Part shown: positions 24,976-38,646 of the stretch, in pieces | How positions within the stretch are numbered: the first letter of the stretch is position 1 | Layout of the letters: every line of letters begins with the position of its first letter | NCBI GenBank assembly: GCA_035221665.1 | Contig: CM069142.1 | Coordinates: 43,276,001 to 43,340,000 of the forward strand | DNA: 64,000 bases | Origin: Okamejei kenojei | Taxonomy: Eukaryota | Reading direction: 5' to 3' | Position numbers and translations under genes: made by a program | Notes under the pieces: generated by a model | Seen by the model: only the letters and a program-made list of their open reading frames with translations | What the model was told of the DNA's origin: nothing | The model's database searches: none

Positions 24976-26035
24976 CTGGCTTTCTTTGCTTTGACTGTTA
25001 ATGTCACTGATGTAAAGATGAAACTGAGTCACTAATTAAATCCAGCACGGCTACATGAATCATATTGCTCTAAAGACAACAGAATCTCACACAATAAAAG
25101 CACACTTCATATTTCTCCACATGCTGAGGCAATTTGTGGGTATTAATGAATAAAGATGGTGGCCATTTACTGCTTTCCAAGTGTTATTTTATTTGATCTT
25201 ATTTGCTTTGAGCGTTCTGCAAAGGATGACAAAGTGATGAATGTATCTCCTTCACTTTTTGATTTGCTCATCTTGAACTATCAGAAGATCACTTAAGAAT
25301 GATTTGCATCCGTGCTTCTTAACAAAACAATACTATGTTTCCAGGAACTTTTCACAATCAAAAGCAAACCCCGTAAATATAAATACAGACAAATCAGTAA
25401 CAAATATGGTTTCATGGCAAGGACGTGATGATAATGATGAGATAATGACTCAATCACTTACTGGGTAATTGTCTGATGCTTTTTGGATCTTTTCTTGCAT
25501 GATTCATTATTAAGTGATGATTCATTGATATTGGAAGCCTTGTTTGCTGTCACATTCTAATGTGTATTTTATCCTGTGAAAACAAGGAATAAAAATGGCA
25601 AAAATACTTTGGAACAGTTGTGGTTTTTTAAAGCGTAAAATAAAGTTGGTACATTAATTGGAATTTCTGAAGACATTGCATTCATTGTAGTTTACATATC
25701 TAGTAATTTTGGACAATTAAACAAGTTAGCAGTAAACAGAGGTATGTTGCTGAACTGCAGGTGAATAGTTGTGTTTTTGACTACAATGTGTTTCTCAACC
25801 TCAGTGACACTATCACAACAAGATGCAAATGGTGTTTATGTCCTCTTGCCTAAGGAGGTGGTGGTGGGGGGGGTGAATTAATGTTATATTACCCTTCTGA
25901 GTTTGAAACAAAGTATAATGGTACCTCAGATGACATAAAGCAAATACAGTACGTGTCCTCATCAATTTGCATTATCTCTCACAGTGCTGACACGATTAGA
26001 AATCAACGTTCTGATTTAGGATTTAGTTATCAATG

Positions 26036-29000
26036 AGTAAATTGCTCGTTTCTAAGCTTTTTACAGTTACAGTTCAATTACAGTTACAGTTCAATTACAG
26101 TTACAGTTCAATTACAGTTCAACTACTGAACCTATCCCACCGCGGGTTCGATCCTCATATCTGCCTGATCAAGCGCTCTAGGCCTCGCTCAAACAGACAC
26201 TCCAGAAAGTCACGCACTCCTAAGCACTCTCCCAGAAGATCGACGCTGGACCTCATGGCAGTGGACTTTTATATATCCCAGGACCTTGAGGGGCCGAACC
26301 ACATGGGGGTGGTCTCTTAATAATCCAATTACAGATATCGATTAATCCAATACATAACAGACATTTCCCCAACCCAATAATATAGCAGCACAATACTTGT
26401 ATTCAACCCGGACTTCTCAAGGAAGCCAACTTAGAAACATTTAGCCTGATCTACAAGAATCCCAGACAAGGCTCTCAATACCCCCATCCAATCAACACTC
26501 GGCAAAGCCGAACTCTGCAACATTATTTTCAATGATTTACAAGGTGTATGTCTGGTTTGCAGCCAAACAATCCACTCTATGCATTTTGCACCTAATTGAG
26601 AAGGTCTGCAGATGTTCTTATTCTTTTCTTACAAATTGTATCTAGGCTCAGACACACTGGCACTACTCCGCAGTTTGTCCCAGCCCTGCAGAGAGCAATT
26701 CCAAATTGACCAAATCTCCCAGTAGCCCTGAAGCTTTTACCCCATTTTGAAGTCCTAGCCTCTCCAATTTAGCCAGGATTAACATTCCTTCCTTTTTATA
26801 ATATATGATAACCCATCATTTATGATAACTAAGTAGTTCAGCTAACCAGATATACATAAGTGTGTCCTTTACATTTTCAATCAAGATGATGATGTTTCTT
26901 CCCAGAATCTTGTCAAGCATCCCGAGTTTTCATGGGCATAACTGCACAAGTTCCATCAGATGAGTCTTCACTTCCCGAGTTTTCGTGGGCGTGAATTTCC
27001 TCCATCCATGTTGCTGCCCATTCTTCCATCACCTTCCACAGTCGAACCTAAAACCTAAATTCCTGAAAAACGTGGGACAAAGCAAGTTACCATCATGCAC
27101 TCATGCTTTCCCATACATTTTCTATAGTTCTGCAATACTATCCCTATTCAAACCTATTATATTACCCTATTACTAGATCCCTATTCCTATTCTGTTCCCT
27201 AATTTACTCTTTATTATTCTAGGATCAACACTAATTAGCCTTCTTCATATTCACACGATGTTATAATATGTATATCTGATGACAGATAATCATATAATTT
27301 TCAGCTGGGTTCAGTCCAGATTTCCCTACACTGACTCCTCCCGTGTGCCCTGCTAGCAAGCTGCGCATGGTTTCTCCGATTTGGGGACATGAGAGTTCTG
27401 TGAGGAATACTGTGGCTCTAGCACCATTCCGAAGAATTCTGCACACCCGGACATATGATAAATATCTCTCCCTTCAAGATATGCAGGCACTGTTTCACTC
27501 TTACCGAATTTAACAGATTTAGGTTTCGTCGGCACCTCCCCTTTAAGAGCCGTCTCAGTAGTCTCCCTTTCAAAACATGATACTCTCTCCTGCTCCTGCT
27601 CCTGCTGTTGGCTTACTAGTTCTCCCTGTCCCTGCTCTGGAATGTTCCGAGAAGGATCAGTTCTATTGTGTTCTCCTATTCCCAATTTACAAGCCACCAT
27701 ACTTAGGGTGGACAGCAAAACAATTTATTTATTTATTTTCCTTATAGTGAAGAACATTCTCCACATCCCAATTAACTAATTTCCTTCTTCACCATTCCCA
27801 TATTTTTTAACAATCATTTCTATATTGTTTATTCCTATTACAGCTTTTAGTCCACCCAACAGCCAAAGTTCATCTTACTAAATTGCATTTAATTCCCCAG
27901 ATAATCCTCTTAGTCTATCCACTTCATGCAGAAGCTCCTCGCAAATTATCCCTATTGTGCTTTCTAATCTGTTTAATCGGTCCTTCTCAGAGACATTCCC
28001 CATTCTCAGAACAATGGTCACAACACAAATTGCAAAATAATGGTTCCAGACACTAACCTCTTCCATTCACTCCTTCCTACAAGGTCAATGGAATCTCTCC
28101 CACACAATAGTCAACGGTCTTTCCGATTCACACTTACTCTAGCAATCCTTTCAACTGTTTCCCAGTCACTCCTATTCAATCACTCCTATTCAATTACTCA
28201 AACCACTCGCTCCTATTCAGTCTCTCTCCCAACTCACATCAGTTAAATCACAATCACTGCATTCAATTCCAAACTTTCAAACAAAGGATCGCAATCCAAG
28301 TCTAACTCTCAATCGCAGTCTCTCACGCAGGAATCTCTCTCTCACTCAATTCACTTTAAGTTGCACAGACAAATCCGAACCAAGCTAACAAAACTATAAT
28401 TAAGAACGAAAATATTCCGCCGATTATCAATAACCCAAGACACACCCCAATATAAACTATAAGCCTCCAGTAAACCCCACTCTAATTAATCTTCCTCATG
28501 GCGCAATCAATCAGCAGGATGACTCCTCCCCCAACACAGTGATCGAAGGAGTACATGCCCTGATCGAACCACCCCGATTCAGATTCTTACAACACCACGC
28601 TCTAAAATAATTACAAATATTTAAAGCAAACACACTCTTACTTCAAGTTTCTAAATCCGTAAACACTCGCAAACACTCGCAGCAACACAAATGACGGTCC
28701 GCGGATTTAACACGATCTAAATCTTAACCTTTAATTCTTAATATAGGTTATTTACATACATAGAATATTTACAAAATCCGGATCCTATGACAATACGAAA
28801 AGCTAGATTTTTACAATTTACAAAATGATTTAAAGCACTAGCGCACAGTTCACAACCAATGTTTTGGGCCTCTAACCCAGGAAAGCGCCTCTAACCCATC
28901 CTGGTTTTATGGGCCTTTAACCGAAAGGCGTGCTAGCCATTCCCCATGCTTGCTAGACTCTGTTCTAATGATCTTGATTAGACCCTTTCCCAAGCCCGTG

Positions 29001-29903
29001 AATGATCGATCCGCTCCGACTAATGAAGTGCCGAAAATCAATGCAAAAACTACACCGTGAGCCCGATTTCTGCACGCGATTGAAACAGCTCAACACCCTT
29101 GATCGCAGACTTGTGTTTGGGGGTCTTTTGAGATCCCGGATGAGCCCCCAATGTAAATTGCTCGTTTCTAAGCTTCACCCCTGTCTAGTTTCAGTAAAAA
29201 CACTGAATCAAGCACTTGAAACAACAAATTTTAATTTTAATAAAAGCGCAATTACAGTTCAACTACTGTACCTATCCCACCGTGGGTTCGATCCTCGTAT
29301 CTGCCTGATCAAGCCCTCTAGGCCTCACTCAAACAGAGACACTCCAGAAAGTTCCAAGCGCTCTCCCAGAAGATCGGCGCTGGACCTCGTGGCTGTGGAC
29401 TTTTATATGTCCCGGGACATTGAGGGGCCGAATCACATTGGGGTGGTCTCTTAACAATCCGATTACAGATATTGATTAACCCCATACATAACAGACATTT
29501 TCCTAATCCAATAATACAGCAGCTTAATACATTGTATTCAACCCGGACTTCTCAAGGAAGCCAACTTAGAAACATTTACCCTGATCTACAAAAAACCCAG
29601 AAAAGACTCAAAACCCCATCCAATCAACACTCGGCAAAGCCGAACTCTGCAACATTATTTACAAGGTATGTCTGGTTTGCAGCCATCCAATCCATTCTAT
29701 GCATTTTGCACCTAATTGACAGGGTCTGAAGATGTTCTTATACTTTACTTGCAAATTGTATCTAGGCTCTAGATACACTGGCACCACTCCATAGCTCTGC
29801 ATCTCTGCAGAGAGCAATTCTCAATTGACCAAATCGCCCAGCAGCCCTGAAGCTTTTACCCCATTTTGAAGTCCTAGCCCCTCCAATTTAGCCAGGATTA
29901 ACA
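26036..29903 (-). mobile_element. Non-autonomous endogenous retrovirus (class I, gamma/epsilon-like), 2 LTRs
   Basis: LTRs 29152-29903 (5', TG...CA on minus) and 26036-26784 (3'). PBS TGGGGGCTCATCCGGGAT (29133-29150, tRNA-Pro type), PPT AAAAAAGGAAGGAA (26785-26798), 4-bp TSD AATG (26032-26035 and 29904-29907), TATAAAA at 29401-29407 on minus. Confidence 0.9.
27353..28003 (-). pseudogene. Degenerate gag-like (matrix-like N-terminus) region of the ERV
   Basis: Starts MGNVSEKD (myristoylation-type MG) about 1.1 kb after the PBS and continues past two stops into DELWLLGG (WPxxG-like). No pol or env motifs seen. Confidence 0.45.
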
Positions 29904-29954
29904 AATGGACCAAAAGCACTGCAGGCCATCAAATAGAAATAAGAAATGCTAACA

Positions 29955-30112
29955 GAGTTGAGTTCAATGTTCATACCGCTGGGTTGTAAGCAACCCAAAT
30001 GAAATATGAGGTGCTGATCCTACAATTTGCAATGGAGGAGGCCCAGGACAGAAAGGTCAGTATGGGAAAGGGAAGAGGAGTTGAAATGGTTGGTAACTGT
30101 GAGATCCCTTGG
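29955..30112 (-). mobile_element. Penelope-like GIY-YIG terminal fragment
   Basis: Homologous to 13655-13780; antisense of QHLIF.LG.LQPSGMNIE. Confidence 0.7.
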
Positions 30113-30117
30113 GCATC

Positions 30118-30478
30118 TTACATAGATACATAGACAATGGGTGCAGGAGTAGGTCATTCGGCCCTTCGAACCAGTACGTCCATTCAATGTGATCGTGGTT
30201 GATCATCCACAATCGGTACCCCGTACCTGCCTTCTCCCTATACCCCTTGCTAGCCCTAAGAGCTCTATCTAACTCTCTTGTTGGATGCATCCAGTGAATC
30301 AGCCTCCACTGCCTTCTAAGGCAGAGAATTCCACAAATTCACAACTCTTGTGTGAAAAAGTTTTACCTGTTCTAAATGGCCTACCCCTTATTCTTAAACT
30401 GTGGCCTCTGGTTCTGGACTTCCCCAACATCGGGAACATGTTTCCTGCATCTAGCATGTCCAATCCCTTAATAAATCC
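30118..30478 (-). mobile_element. CR1 3' end
   Basis: Antisense of KGLDMLDAGNMFPMLGKSRTRGHSLRIRG plus 3' tail ending (ctatgtat)n. Confidence 0.8.
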
Positions 30479-33400
30479 CTACAATCTTTGAGCACATTTT
30501 TATTTGTTGGAGCAGTTTTGATTTAGAAGTAGCAGACAGACTCTTGTACCAAGTAGTGTTACAATACCGCAAAATACTCATTATCTCGGCAGTAAAAAAT
30601 AATAAAAGGATTTGTTTACTTGCTCGGAATGATCTTAGTCGGCAGAGAAACCAGATTCTTTGTTTTGTCATATTGCAAATCTTATCAATGTGGTTATTCC
30701 ATGATAATTGATAGTCTATAGTTACCCCCCAAGTATTTAAATGAAGACACCTGCTTGATTTTTTTCGTTATTGGTAACAAGTGAAACTTTATGAGAGTCA
30801 GATGGTGAACCAAATACAATCTCTTCTGTTTTCTTTATGTCAATCTTAAGGGCATTATTTTCAGTCCACTCGACCAATTTGTTCACACCGAGTTGGTGCA
30901 GCCCGGGGTTGTCTGAGTTACTTAAAAGAGATAATAAAACTGTATCATCTGAGTACTTTAGAATATATTGATTTGGTGTATCTGTACGACAATCATCCGT
31001 ATACAAGGTAAACAGCATAGCTGAACTCACACAACCCTGGGGTGCCCCGACATCGGTTGTGATGGCAGATGAAAGGGTTTTATTCACCTTTACTATCTGT
31101 ACTCTGTTAGTGAGAATGGAAGCATGCCAGTGAATCAGATAGGGATTTAATTCCTGCTGGACCATTTTTGACACAAAAATGTCTGATTGAATCGTGTTGA
31201 AAGCTGATGAAAAATCTAGAAAGAGGGCTCTTGCATTAGTGTTGGGTTTGTCTAAGTGTTTGGAGATGATATGAACTAGGGAGGCAACCGCATCTTCCGT
31301 GCCACAGCCCTGCTGATAGGCAAATTGATAAGGGTCGAGTTTATTTTTTGTGGTACTGATGAAATGTCAGAGCAAAATTATTTCGAGAGATTTCATAATC
31401 ACCGATGTAAGGGCTATGGGTCTGAAATCCTTATATTCTTTGGGATATGTATTCTTGGGCCAAGGTTTTATATGCAAAGTTTTCCATAACAGAGGGACAG
31501 TGTGTGTGTCTACAGAGGCCTGAAAGATTTGTTGCCACACTGGAGCCAGCTGTGTTGCAAAGTTCCTCAAGAGGAAAGCGCTGCATCCATCCGGCCCAGC
31601 AGCTATCCTTGTATTTGTACGCTGAAATGTTTTCCTGACATCTTCAACGGTGATGACAATTCTGTCGGAGGCAGCAGGTATAATAGATTTAAGGATGTCG
31701 GTGCACTTGGTAGAATTATCTAGGGATTCAAATCTGGCCAAAAAAGTGCTGAGTTCTTTGGAGAGAAATGGCTCGTTATCTGTCACAATAGATTTAGATG
31801 GGGTTGACATTCCTGTCATAGATTTCATTGTATCCCACACCTTTTTGGAATTATTGGCTCTGAAAGCATCTTCCAGATGCGGTCTGTGTGCCAATTTTAC
31901 TTCCCTCAATCTTATTTTCAGTTCTTTTTCTGTCTGTTTAAGTGCTCCAGAATCTTTGTTTTTGAAAGCCACTTTCCTCGTATTTATTACTTTTTTTACG
32001 TTCTTAGTTACAAATGATTTGTTGTTGGGATAGATTTTAATCTCCTTAATGGGTACAACCAACTGTACACAAAAATCAATATAATCGTTTGTAACTATGG
32101 TTATTTCATCTAGTGAACCTTCCTGAAAGGTTTCCCGCTCCATCAATTCAAAACAGGCTTTCAGTTGTTCCCTACATTCATTTGTCGAAGTCCTTGGCAC
32201 TTTTTTTTCTGGCTTACTTCTCTTAAAGTTGGTCTTATCCACGGGAACTATGTGCACAACATTATGATCAGAATTCAATATGTGTGGCTTACACTTGGAT
32301 GCATAAGCCCCTTTAACATTTACAAAATATTTGTCCAAGATATTATCGTTTCTGGTTTTATCTCTGATGTACTGTTCGAATCCAGGTAACACAGTCTCCA
32401 AACGACACTGAATCAGATCCCCGAGCACTATTGCTGGTGCATCGGGGTAGTTGAGTTGTAGTTCATGAACGCAGTCCGTTATTGTCCCGGCCGCCAATGA
32501 CGCTTTGCCGCTGGGAGGCACGTATACAACAAACAGCAAAATACACCCATATTCTCGAGGCAAATAGAAAGGTCTTAACAACATGCCGAGGATTTCTACA
32601 TTGGGGTCGCAGATCTTATATTTTTACTGAGCACGCACGGCACCAAAGATCGTTAATGTATACACAAATGCCGCCTGCCTTAGTTTTTCCAAGACAGCTG
32701 CGTCCCTGTCAGCGCGCGCTAAGGTGAATCCGGGTACTTCAAAGAGGGAATCTGGCATTGTCGATTGCAACCAGCTTTCCGTGAAGCACAATAAAGATGC
32801 TTATGGAATTCATTACAGTACCTTGTGTATGTCCGTATCGCGTCCACTTTGTTGTTTGAAGTGTGCAGGTTTGTAAGGATGATGGATGGAAGGGGCGGCC
32901 GATTGAATCTCCGTCGTAGGTGGTTCCGAATACCCCCTCTTCTTCCTCATTTCCTTTTCCTTTTCCTTTTAATTTAAATCAGTTCCTGAGGGATGTTATC
33001 CAACATCGAACGGTAGAAGTGGCTTGATGTCCCCTGAGTCTGCTTGTGTTGTAGCTCCAGCAAAGCCTCTTGGTTGTACAAACGTACTGGCCGTGGCTCC
33101 ACGCGACACCTGTCTGTGATGCCACTCAGGTGTGTATTAGTTTGCACCGACAAAGGCCAATAATCCACGGAATCATCCACAGAAACAAAAGCCTAGGTTT
33201 CAGGGCACACATATCATACTATGTACATAGGCAGACTCCATCCTGTATGCCAACAATTAGTCGGCATACAGGATGGAGGTGGAGCTGCTTACAGAGTGGT
33301 ACAGATCTCACAATCTCACCCTCAACGTGGAAAAGACAAAGGAGATAGTAATCGATTTCAGGAGGGCTGGAAAACATCATCATAAAACCACTGCACATTG

Positions 33401-34276
33401 ATGGTGCTGCTGTGGAGAGGATCAGCAGTGTGAAGTTCTTGGGACTTCACCTGGCGGACAACCTGATCTCTACGACCAACACCACAGCAGCTCCACCCTC
33501 TCCGGAGAATAGGGAAAGCAGGTCTCCCTACTGTTCACCTAACGACCTTCTTCAGGGGCACCATCAAGAGTATATTGACCTACGACATCACTTCCTGGTT
33601 TGGGAGCTGCAAGGCCTATGAAGAAAAACAACCTAACAGGATAGTGAAGACAGTCAGTAGGATCATCGGTGCTCCACTTCCTTTCCAGTTGGAGATCTAT
33701 CAGAAGCGTAGCATCCGTAAAGCCATCTCCATTATTAAGGACCCACATCACCCATCACATAACATCTTCTCCATTCTGCCATCTGGGAAGAGGTACAGGT
33801 ACATCAGCTGCAAAACCAGCAGGATGCTACACAACTTCTTCACACAGGCAATAAGACTGGTCAATGGACTGTGTCCCCTCCCTATACATCACACACCAAA
33901 TCATCTAATCTCGCCCATTCTTTGACAGCTAGGCACCTGTCAGAGCATGTTACTGTTCGGTCTGAATGTTTGTTTTAATTCATATTTTAGGTCTACTTTT
34001 AGATATGTTAATAATAATTTTTTTAAGTAGTATGTATTTATTCTGTTTTTATTAACTGCACTGATGGGAACTGATTGAGAAACAATTTTTCGTTTCTTCT
34101 GTGTATGTAAGTACTCAGTTAAAATGACATTAAAGTAAATACTAAATACTGAATACTGACTTACAGATGGGATGGGTTAGACGACGTTTTAAATGTTTTT
34201 AAACAACTTTAAACAAGACACAAACGGAACAGACTGGAATGCAGTGCGCAACCGAGCAGCGCACCCTCCCCCGCTG
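30479..34276 (-). mobile_element. Rex1/Babar-like LINE, 5'-complete and 3'-truncated, disrupted
   Basis: APE (PSIILTN, CFTESWL, YVPP, GDL, SDH), AGPDG, FRPIALTS, DFSSAFNTI, GAPQGCV, YTDD/YSDD in ORFs 31367-32584, 30737-31174 and 30468-30671. Putative 5' end near 34276. Confidence 0.85.
33270..34160 (+). mobile_element. Rex1-like 3' fragment lying inside the 5' region of the 30479-34276 element
   Basis: LNVEKTKEIVIDFRR, VKFLGLHL, IIKDPHHPSH.FS.LPSGKRYR; tail (taaatac/tgaatac)n. Confidence 0.8.
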
Positions 34277-34279
34277 TTA

Positions 34280-35350
34280 CTTTTAATTCCTTCATCTAAA
34301 TGTATATTGTAAATAGCTGCCGTCCCAGCACCAAGCCTTGCGGCACCCCTCTCGTCACTGCCTGCCATTCTGAAAGGGACCCGTTAAGAAGGGTTTCGGC
34401 CCGAAACGTTGCCTATCTCCTTCGCTCCTTAGATGCTGCTGCACCCGCTGAGTTTCTCCAGCTTTTTGCGTACCCTCGATTTTCCAGCATCTGCAGTTCC
34501 TTCTCTAATACGTTAATCCCTACTCTTTGTTTCCTGTCTGCCAACCAATGTTCTATCCATGTCCATACCCTATCCCCAATACCATGTGCTCTAATTTTGC
34601 CCACTAATCTCTTGTGTGGGACCTTATCAAAGGCTTTCTGAAAGTCCAGGTACACTACATCCACAGGTAATTCCTTGTCCATTTTACTTGTTACATCCTC
34701 AAAAAGTTTCAAAAGATTTCTCAAGCATGATTTCCCCTTCGTAAATCCATGTTACTTGGACCGATCCTGTTACTGTTATCCAAATGCGCTGCTATTACAT
34801 CTTTGTTAATTGACTAGCACCTTCCCCACCAATTATGTCAGGCTAACTGGTCTATAATTCCATGCTTTCTCTCTCTTGAAAAGTGGGATAACATTAGCTA
34901 CCCTCCAATCCACAGGAACTGATTCAGAATCTATAGAGCATTGGAAAATGATCCACGATTTCTACAGCCACCTCCTTGAGTACCCTGGGATGCAGACCAT
35001 CAGGCCCTGGGGATTTATTAGCCTTCAGTCCCATCAGTCTACCCAACACCATTTCCTGACTAATGTGAATTTCCTTCAGTTCCTCTATTACCCTAGGTCC
35101 TCTGTCCCCTAGTACATCTGGGAGATTGTTTGTCTTCCTTAGTGAAGACAGAACCAAAGTACCTGTTCAATTCTGCCATTTCCTTGTTCCCCATAATAAA
35201 TTCACCTGTTTCTGCCTTCAAGGGACCCACATTTGTCTTAACTATTTGTTTTCTCTTCACATACCTAAATAAGCTTTTACTATCCTCATTTATATTCTTG
35301 GCTAGCTTACCTTCGTTCTTCATCTTTTCTCCCCGTATTGCCTTTCGTAT
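34280..35350 (-). mobile_element. CR1 RT fragment
   Basis: KSPGPDGLHPRVLKEVA, VDVVYLDFQKAFDKVPH, GVPQG (ORFs 35093-35383, 34924-35157, 34413-34724). Confidence 0.85.
34388..34510 (+). mobile_element. Short Penelope-terminal-repeat insertion in CR1
   Basis: gaagggtttcggcccgaaacgtt...agatgctgc...gcatctgcagttcc, flanked by duplicated CGTTAA. Removing it restores the CR1 sequence. Confidence 0.7.
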
Positions 35351-36679
35351 GGCCTCGGTGAGCTGAGCGCAAGTGTTCATCAAAACAAATGTGCCATCAG
35401 TAAAGGCTTCAGTGACACTGAGTCATGGAAGAAGTATATGGGCAGGTGACTAAGACCTTCTTAGTTGAAGGGATGGATTTAAGAAGGAGAGAGAGGGGTA
35501 AAGAGATTTGGGGACGAAATTCCCAAATTTTGGGTTAAGGCAGCTGAAGGTAACAATCACAGCTGCAGATGTGCAAGAGGCCAGAACTGGAGAAGCCCAG
35601 AGTTTCCAAGGTTTGACTCCTTCCTTCAAATGCATTCAGAACAGAAAGGCCAAGAAAATGGGTGCATGTTACAATCCCTGCGATCTCTGGTAGTAATTTA
35701 ACATATGGGCTACTGCAAGCTCCATATAAGGGAAATGAATTTGAACCATATTTGTTTCTACAGATGTTTACAATTGCATTATTTAACTGGAGTTTGATTT
35801 ACAAATTGCTAAGTGATCTCAATCAACTCTATCTTTGCACTGGACCAGCTGACCTTGCAACGTATATTACTCCAATGTACTGCCAAAAGTCTGCTTTTTT
35901 CCAGAGAGCTAATGCATGCTGGATGTTTCTACTTTGTAGTGTTGTGTGTGATATTTGGTATATGGAAATGCTACATTTTGAAGCCACTAGTCTGCTTTGG
36001 CTCCAGAGAATGACAGAATCATAGCCTGGTAGGACGACATTTGGCCTGTCTAGTCTGTACCAGCTCTATGCGAGCACCAACCAATCAAAATAACAGCAGA
36101 AAAGGCTGGAAACGTTCACTAGGCCAGGCTGCATCTGTGGGAAGAGAAAGAGTCCATGTTTCAGGTCAAAGATCCTTTAGAGAACTTGAAGAGAGACAGC
36201 AAGTTAGAGCAACTCAGCTTGTCCACTCTACTAATCCCACCCCATATCCCTCCAAAATCTATACTTTCAGATACATCCAGCTCCCTTTTGAATTCTACAA
36301 GTGAATTTGCTTCTACTACCAGTCCTATAAGTGTATTCCAGTCCTAGCCACTTACTTTGTGCCAGTATGTCTTTTAGGGTCAATTTGGTTCTTTGCCAAT
36401 CACCTTTGTTAATGAGAACAGTTTCTCTCTATCTATTCTACTTGTATCCTTCATGATATTAAATACCTCATCATGCCTGCTTGTAATCTCCTCTGTACTA
36501 AGGAAACAAACACTGCATCTCCCGAAATATTCTTCCGCATCCTCTCCAAAGACTTCACATCTTTACAAAAGTGTGGTGCCAGAGCTTTTTACAACACTCC
36601 TTCCGTGGTCCAACTACTGTTTTATAAAGAATCATCTTGACCTCTTGTACATTGCCGTCTTTCGTATGCCGTCTTTGCA

Positions 36680-37690
36680 GTCTGTTCGTATTGGTGGAAA
36701 TGTGTCAGACTCGATAACAATCAGCACGGGAGCACCTCAAGGCTGCGTGCTCACCCCCCTGCTGTACTCACTCTATATTCATAGTGATCATAGTGCGAGC
36801 TCCATCATCACGTTCGCTAACGACACCACTGTTGTGGGACGTATCACTGATGGGGATGAATCAGAGTATAGAAGAGAGATCGAGAGACTGTCCATATGGT
36901 GCCAGCACAATAACCTGGCCCTCAACACCAGCAAAACCAAGGAACTGATTGTGGACTTTGGAAGGAGTAGGATGGGGACCCACAGTCCTGTTCATATCAA
37001 CGGGTCGATGGTTGAAAGGGTCAAGAGCTTCAAATTCCTGGGCGTGCACATCTGTGAAGATCTTTCCTGGTCCGAGAACACAGATGCAAGTATTAAGAAA
37101 GCTCATCAGCGCCTCTACTTCCCGAGAAGATTACGGAGAGTCGGTCTGTCAAGGAGGACTCTCTCTAACATCTACATGTGCACAGTAGAGAGCTTGCTGA
37201 CCGGTTGCATCGTGACTTGGTTCGGCAACTTGAGCGCCCTGGAGAGGAAAAGACTACAAAAAGTAGTAAACACTGCCCAGTCCATCATCGGCTCTGACCT
37301 TCCTTCCATCGAGGGGATCTACCACAGGCGCTGCCTCAAAAAGGCTGGCAGCATCATCAAGGATCCACACCACCCTGGCCACACACACATCTCCCTGCTA
37401 CCTTCGGGTAGAAGGTACAGGAGCCTGAGAACTGCAACGACCCGGTTCAGGAATAGCTACTTCCCCACAGCCATCAGGCTATTAAACTTGGCTCGGACAA
37501 AACTCTGAACATTAATACCCCTCCATCTGTCATTTGCACTTTATCAATTTATTCATTCACGTTTGTATTTACGTATATAATTGTAGTCAATGCATACTAT
37601 GTTCTGTTGTGCTATGCAAAGAAAGAATTTCATTGTCCTGTCAGGGACACATGACAATAAACTCTTTTGACTTTGACTTTGACTCTTTAC
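36680..37690 (+). mobile_element. Rex1-like LINE, 5'-truncated
   Basis: GAPQGCVLTPLLYSLY, FANDT (FADD>FAND), LNTSKTKELIVDF, LPSGRRYRS, YFPTAIRLLN; tail gacaataaa(ctttga)n. Confidence 0.9.
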
Positions 37691-37904
37691 AAAGATCGGG
37701 ATCATGATTGCGTTTTTAACCACGTTCTCAACCTGCCCTGCCATTTCCAGTGAACTCTGTACCCCAGGTTTCTGCTTTTGTACCTATTTTGGAACTGTGC
37801 CTTTATTTATCACTCCGGCTGAAGGTACCACATGCGTAAACCAGCGATTATGAACCCGCACTCTGAAGTATGAACCCACACACTGGTTGCTCCTTATTCA
37901 CAGA

Positions 37905-38646
37905 CCACCAGGGGAGCCGGGGCGATTGCTGCCCTGCCGGCAGTCTGTTCCTTTTTTCATTCTTTTTGTTATTTTTTAGTGTGTTAAAAGTTTGTTTTAA
38001 TGCTCTTCGGTTTGTATGTGGGGAGAGGGGGGAGAGGATCGGGGAAAACATTTTTTCAAGTTCTTATCTCGCCAGAGATGTGATTCATTTTCGGATCACA
38101 TTCTCCGGGCGCTCTGCAGCTTTCCATCGATGGAGCTGGAAGCCTCCTCGGACTGACTTTGAGCCCTATCGCTGGGTGCGGATTTAACATCGGAGCTGAT
38201 CCCTTGCCTGGGATTGCTCCCACCGCGGACTTTACCATCAAGCTCGGAATCGGGAGAGGCTAGTCGGGAAGCTCCAACGTCGCGGAAGGTTCGACTAGCC
38301 CTGACGCAAGGTTCGATCGCCCGGCGTGGGAGAGCTGACATCCCCCCCGATGCGGGAGCTGATTGCCTCGATGCAGAGGGCACAAATGCCGCCTGCTACG
38401 GGAGTCAAGATTGTCCCATCAATGGGGGCTTGAGGCCCACGACCAAGGAAGAACTAAGGGAAGGACTTGAACTTTATTTCTCCTTCCATCACAGTGAGGA
38501 ATGTGTAGGAGTCGCTGTGGTGGATGTTCATGTTAAAACGTGTTTTTGAGTGATCTGTTGCTTTTAATTGTATGACTGACCTGGCCAATTAAATTCCTCG
38601 TATGTTGCAAAACATACTTGGCGAATAAAGTGTGATTCTGCTTCTG
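37905..38646 (+). mobile_element. Non-coding Rex/L2-type non-autonomous retroelement, copy A
   Basis: 5' ccaccagggga..gctgccctgcc..T-rich block, GC-rich degenerate repeats, 3' aaattcctcgtatgttgcaaaacatacttggcgaataaa(gattct). Homologous to 38920-39285 and 48154-49003. Confidence 0.7.

Noticed and set aside
26033-26320. Paralogous small ORFs at 26033 and 29002 as a duplicated gene
   Set aside because: They are antisense readings of the two ERV LTRs.
36393-37508. 371-aa ORF as a host gene or novel fusion
   Set aside because: Residues after about 95 are a truncated Rex1 RT; the N-terminus is chance read-through of decayed flanking repeat with a non-ATG start.
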